Virus record (IMG/VR): IMGVR_UViG_3300032038_000062
Span: 1 to 64,000 of that record
Strand: one strand, 5' to 3'
DNA length: 64,000 nucleotides
DNA from: a virus
In this document: one piece after another, positions 60,364 through 64,000 of the stretch
Position numbering within the stretch: the stretch's first letter is position 1
Layout: the number at the start of each line of letters is the position of its first letter
The notes under the pieces: model-generated
Told to the model about the DNA's origin: nothing
The model's database searches: none
Seen by the model: only the letters and a program-made list of their open reading frames with translations
Program-made: the position numbers and the translations under genes

Positions 60364-61836
60364 TTACGCCAGAGTAACTGGCGCATATCTTTCAGACATT
60401 AACACATCTTCCATAAGTTCGATAGCAGTCTTATCAATAGAATTAATAAGTTGCTTAAAAGTAGAAGTTGCATGACCGCCAACAAGAAGAACATTCTTAT
60501 CTTTTGTCAAGAAAGTATCATTTCTACTATCAACATTCCAGAAGATTAGCTTAGGCAACTTATAACCCTTACTTTCGTAGAGCTTTTCCATTGCCGCCAC
60601 AAAATCGGTGCTGCCGCAATTATCAATCTCCATATCAGAAACGACTACAACTGCCTTTGGCATTTCTTCTGTGGATACGCCCTCTTCAATAGCTAAGCCT
60701 AAAATCTGTCTAAATACAGATTCTAAGTTAGTATTCATACCCCAATCTGCTCTTGCTACTCCTTGAAGAATAGACAAAAGAGAAGACTCTTCGGGAATTT
60801 TATGAAATCTAGGGCTAGAAGAGAAATTCATAAACAAGTTATGATATGCTCCCTTATTTCTTTGTGCAAAATAAACGGCAAGACCAAGAGCACTAGAAAT
60901 AGGCAATCTATCACAGTCAAACATCGAACCAGAAGTATCCGCAACCACAATGACATTTGATTCTGTGCCATTGAGATAATCAGGGAGCGCCTTCCACTGA
61001 GCCTCAATTACATCATCTATCATTGAGTTAATACCATAGCCGCGAATATAAGAACGGACTAAATCATAGGGATAAAGAACATCCGCCTTAATAGTTTGCT
61101 CTCCACTCTTAACCTTATTCATAAAGTCGGAAAATGCTTCTGACTTCAACTTAAAAGCATTACGATATTTCTTCATCGCATAACTGGGAACAGACTGGAA
61201 ATCAATGTCATTCCACTCTCTTGCACTCATCTTCTTCTCGACAATTTTTAAGTGAGCGCGCAACTTAGAGAGAAGTTTACGATATTCTTGTTCAGAAATA
61301 TCCCAAGCCTTACAAATTTTCTTCGCTAAGGCGCGAGTTGCTTTTGAAGAAGTATTAATAGAAGGAAGCCACTTAGCTAAAAGAGAAATGTGCGCTTTCT
61401 CTTTAAGCATACCTAGAATTAAGTTATCAGAAATGATAACTTTTCTAAGATATTCAAGTACCCCATTCTCTAAACTTGTACCAAAAAGTACATAAAGAGA
61501 ATCCCAGCGGTTATACTCTTCCACAAGGTGGAAATTCTTTCTAACAACTTCAGGATGGTTTTCTGCCAGCCATTTTAAAACCACCTTAAAAGTTCTTCTT
61601 TCTCCTAAACCACCTCTGATATCACCGCAATAAAAGGCGCACTTAGTAGCAAGTAATGGATTTTCATTAAAAGCCGCGGCAAACTTTTCAGCAATCTCAT
61701 GCTCTTGACGTGAGCGTAATGCACCACAAGTTGAGAAAAAATCTAACATAGCGCTATCAGTCGTATTATATGCTAAAGCGCCATTTTCAGTTAAAGTTTC
61801 TGTACTCTTTGTTGAAAATGCTTCTGCAAAATTCAT
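60364..61836 (-). CDS. vWA-domain protein (TROVE / DUF2828-like N-terminal region plus C-terminal von Willebrand A domain)
   Basis: MIDAS motif DTSGSM in VIVVADTSGSMFD followed by a Rossmann-like pattern; N-terminal about 280 aa alpha-helical. Confidence 0.6.
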   Translation of the reverse strand: MNFAEAFSTKSTETLTENGALAYNTTDSAMLDFFSTCGALRSRQEHEIAEKFAAAFNENPLLATKCAFYCGDIRGGLGERRTFKVVLKWLAENHPEVVRKNFHLVEEYNRWDSLYVLFGTSLENGVLEYLRKVIISDNLILGMLKEKAHISLLAKWLPSINTSSKATRALAKKICKAWDISEQEYRKLLSKLRAHLKIVEKKMSAREWNDIDFQSVPSYAMKKYRNAFKLKSEAFSDFMNKVKSGEQTIKADVLYPYDLVRSYIRGYGINSMIDDVIEAQWKALPDYLNGTESNVIVVADTSGSMFDCDRLPISSALGLAVYFAQRNKGAYHNLFMNFSSSPRFHKIPEESSLLSILQGVARADWGMNTNLESVFRQILGLAIEEGVSTEEMPKAVVVVSDMEIDNCGSTDFVAAMEKLYESKGYKLPKLIFWNVDSRNDTFLTKDKNVLLVGGHATSTFKQLINSIDKTAIELMEDVLMSERYAPVTLA

Positions 61837-62014
61837 ATCTATACACCTTTCCTTTTCTTAATTTATTTTCTATAATTATTATAGAAAAATTTTATGCTTT
61901 TTTCAATTTTTATCATAAATAAAAAATTCCCCTTTTCATTTATAATATATATTAAATAAGATATTATAACTAGTTCTCACTAAAATACAAATTTTAACTT
62001 TCTTTTCTAAAAAT

Positions 62015-62052
62015 TGATATAAAAGAAAAAATAGACTATAATATAATAAAGA
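62015..62052 (+). promoter_or_regulatory. Rightward promoter TTGATA-N17-TATAAT in the divergent region
   Basis: Read directly; precedes the 62074 gene. Confidence 0.5.
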
Positions 62053-62073
62053 ATAATAGAGAGGTGTAATTAA

Positions 62074-62499
62074 TTGATGAATCTATCAAATTTAAAAGAT
62101 AATGAAAAGGTACAATTATATGATAAAATTCTTGCAGCTAATATGTGTAATTTTATGACTTTAAAAAAACGTAATGCTTTTAATGGTTATTGGATAGATG
62201 ATTTTCAGAATAGTGATGTAGATAAAATTACTTTTGAAATAATTAAATTAATTAGTAATATTGAAGAAGTAGAAGAAATAGTAATACATACTAAAGGTTT
62301 TGATAATTTTATCAAATATCTTGAATTTAAATATAATAATAGAAAAGGTAATATAAAATTTAAAAGAAGAAAAAATACTGATGAAATTTATAAACCTTTT
62401 TTACAATCATTAAAAGATGTAGCTAATGCTTATAATTTAGATATGAGTGTATATACTGATATATATAATACTTTTTATAATATAGGAGATAATAAATGA
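62074..62499 (+). CDS. Hypothetical protein
   Basis: 141-aa ORF; stop overlaps the RNase H start (ATGA). Confidence 0.45.
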   Translation: MMNLSNLKDNEKVQLYDKILAANMCNFMTLKKRNAFNGYWIDDFQNSDVDKITFEIIKLISNIEEVEEIVIHTKGFDNFIKYLEFKYNNRKGNIKFKRRKNTDEIYKPFLQSLKDVANAYNLDMSVYTDIYNTFYNIGDNK

Positions 62500-62963
62500 A
62501 AATAAAAGTTTATACTGACGGAAGTTGTCGTGGAAACGGCGGCATAAATGCACGTGGCGGTTGGGGCTTTGTTATTTTTGACGAAGAAGGTAATTTTCTT
62601 AAAGAGGGAAGCGGTGCCAGTTTTAATACAACGAATAATAAAATGGAAATGATTGCTGTAATTGAAGCCATTAATTGGATAGAAGAAAATTTAGAAAAAG
62701 ATACAAATTTCTATGAGATATATACCGACTCGGCTTACATCCATAATTGTATGACACAAAGATGGTATATAAATTGGAGAAATAATAATTGGAAAAATAG
62801 TAAAAAAGAGCCAGTTAAAAATAGAGAGTTATGGGAACAAATTATCCCTTATTTTATAAAAGCTAATTTTACCTTTCGAAAGGTGAAAGGCCATGCTGGT
62901 ATACCAGAAAATGAATATGTAGATAAATTAGCTACTATTGCGGCAGACAATTTATTAAAGTAA
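62496..62963 (+). CDS. rnhA: Ribonuclease HI
   Basis: YTDGSC...GGWG, NNKMEMIAVIEAI, YTDSAYIHNCM, VKGHAGIPENEYVDKLA: the canonical RNase H catalytic pattern (D-E-D-D). Confidence 0.85.
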   Translation: MKIKVYTDGSCRGNGGINARGGWGFVIFDEEGNFLKEGSGASFNTTNNKMEMIAVIEAINWIEENLEKDTNFYEIYTDSAYIHNCMTQRWYINWRNNNWKNSKKEPVKNRELWEQIIPYFIKANFTFRKVKGHAGIPENEYVDKLATIAADNLLK

Positions 62964-62980
62964 AATAGCGGGGTGAAATT

Positions 62981-63514
62981 TTGAAAGTATATATAATAAA
63001 CGGTGTTCCTATGTCTGGGAAAAGTCAGTTTTGTGATTTCTGTATAGAATATTTAAATAAAAGAGGAGCTTATGGTAGCTCTATATCAACTGTAAGTTTA
63101 ATAAAAGCTATAGCTTCTGCTGTTGGTTGGGATGGGATAAAGAGTCCAGAAGATAGAAAGTTTTTAAGTGATTTAAAAAAACTATTAACTGACTGGAATG
63201 ACATTCCATATAAAAGTACTGTTGATGCGATAATGCAGGATTATACAAAACTGTGCGGTTTTGGTGTTCCAGAAGATAAGATATTATTTTTTGTCCATTG
63301 TAGAGAGCCAGAAGAAATAAAGAAATTTGTTGAGCGACTAGGCGCAAAAACTATTCTTGTACGTAGAGAAGAAATGGAAAAACTACAACAATCAAATGAT
63401 AGCGATGAAGGCGTTTTTGACTATGAGTATGACTATACAATAGAAAACTCTGGCGATTTAGACGATTTATATAATAAAGCTATGACTTTTGTAGATTCAC
63501 AACTTATGTATTAA
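62981..63514 (+). CDS. P-loop kinase, dNMP-kinase-like
   Basis: Walker A GVPMSGKS at the N-terminus; small (177 aa); sits in a replication-gene context. Confidence 0.5.
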   Translation: MKVYIINGVPMSGKSQFCDFCIEYLNKRGAYGSSISTVSLIKAIASAVGWDGIKSPEDRKFLSDLKKLLTDWNDIPYKSTVDAIMQDYTKLCGFGVPEDKILFFVHCREPEEIKKFVERLGAKTILVRREEMEKLQQSNDSDEGVFDYEYDYTIENSGDLDDLYNKAMTFVDSQLMY

Positions 63515-63526
63515 GGAGGATTAAAT

Positions 63527-64000
63527 GGGATTAATTGATAATGTAGATTTTTTTGAGTTAGAAACAGAAAGATATTGGTCTTTTCCAAAATCATACCGCG
63601 GCAACCCAAAAACAGAAACAAAAAATATGATTTTTAGTAATGAATATATTGGTTCTCGAAAAATAGATGGGGCATATTATCGTTTTGTTAAAGATATGGA
63701 TGGTAATATGAGTTTACAAGGACGTAATCGCTCAGTTAAAGGAATTTTTCTTAATAAGATAGGACACGTTCCGCACTTACAGAAATTCTTTAATGAGCTT
63801 CCTAATGGTACTTGTCTACTTGGAGAACTATATTTCCCTGGTGATGAAGGCTCACATCGAGTTACTACTATTACTGGCTGCGGAGAGAAAAAAGCCATTG
63901 AGCGCCAGAATGCCGGTAAAAAATTAAATTATTATGTCTTTGATGTGTGGGCTTTTAATGGAAAATCTTTATTAGATACTTCCATAGAGCAACGAATTAA
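63527..64000 (+). CDS. ATP-dependent DNA/RNA ligase (5' partial, continues beyond the window)
   Basis: Nucleotidyltransferase motif I K-x-D-G (GSRKIDGAYYRF); open through the window end. Confidence 0.5.

Noticed and set aside
63677-63898. Minus-strand 73-aa ORF
   Set aside because: Lies antisense inside the ligase-like plus-strand ORF that carries the KxDG motif.

Overview
AT-rich (~30% GC) phage genome segment, probably from a large phage of a low-GC Gram-positive-like host. Host inference rests on sigmaA-type TTGACA-N17-TGnTATAAT promoters, strong AAAGGAGG ribosome-binding sites and the standard genetic code. Layout: (i) 87-5899, minus strand, terminase large subunit plus Zn-ribbon/hypothetical genes. 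(ii) 6190-16710, plus strand, a modular early-gene cassette of about 20 small genes; each is preceded by a 19-bp palindrome TTAGAC-N7-GTCTAA, a near-consensus extended -10 promoter and a strong RBS, and most are followed by a rho-independent terminator. It carries three recently duplicated gene pairs: winged-HTH proteins, Lys-rich proteins and DEDDh 3'-5' exonucleases. It also carries a HAD-type nucleotidase and a promoter-to-terminator unit with no ORF (candidate ncRNA). (iii) 16710-17900, a repeat-dense AT-rich convergence region (palindromic ATTATAATATTATAAT elements, four ~65-bp direct repeats), candidate ori or packaging region. (iv) 17927-61836, minus strand, a long run of genes driven by at least 15 copies of one conserved promoter plus leader. 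It includes two calcineurin-like phosphoesterases, a MoxR-like AAA+ ATPase, an SPFH protein, an MFS transporter, a tandem seven-gene array of small proteins of which six share a paralogous C-terminal motif, a 3D-domain lipoprotein, a Pol-beta-type nucleotidyltransferase, a 2292-aa LRR-containing giant protein and a vWA protein. Embedded in it is an ~8.8-kb array of at least 26 tRNA genes with several unexplained structured spacers. (v) 62074-64000, plus strand, RNase H, a P-loop (dNMP) kinase and the 5' part of a ligase. All calls come from reading the sequence and motif recognition only; no database search was possible.
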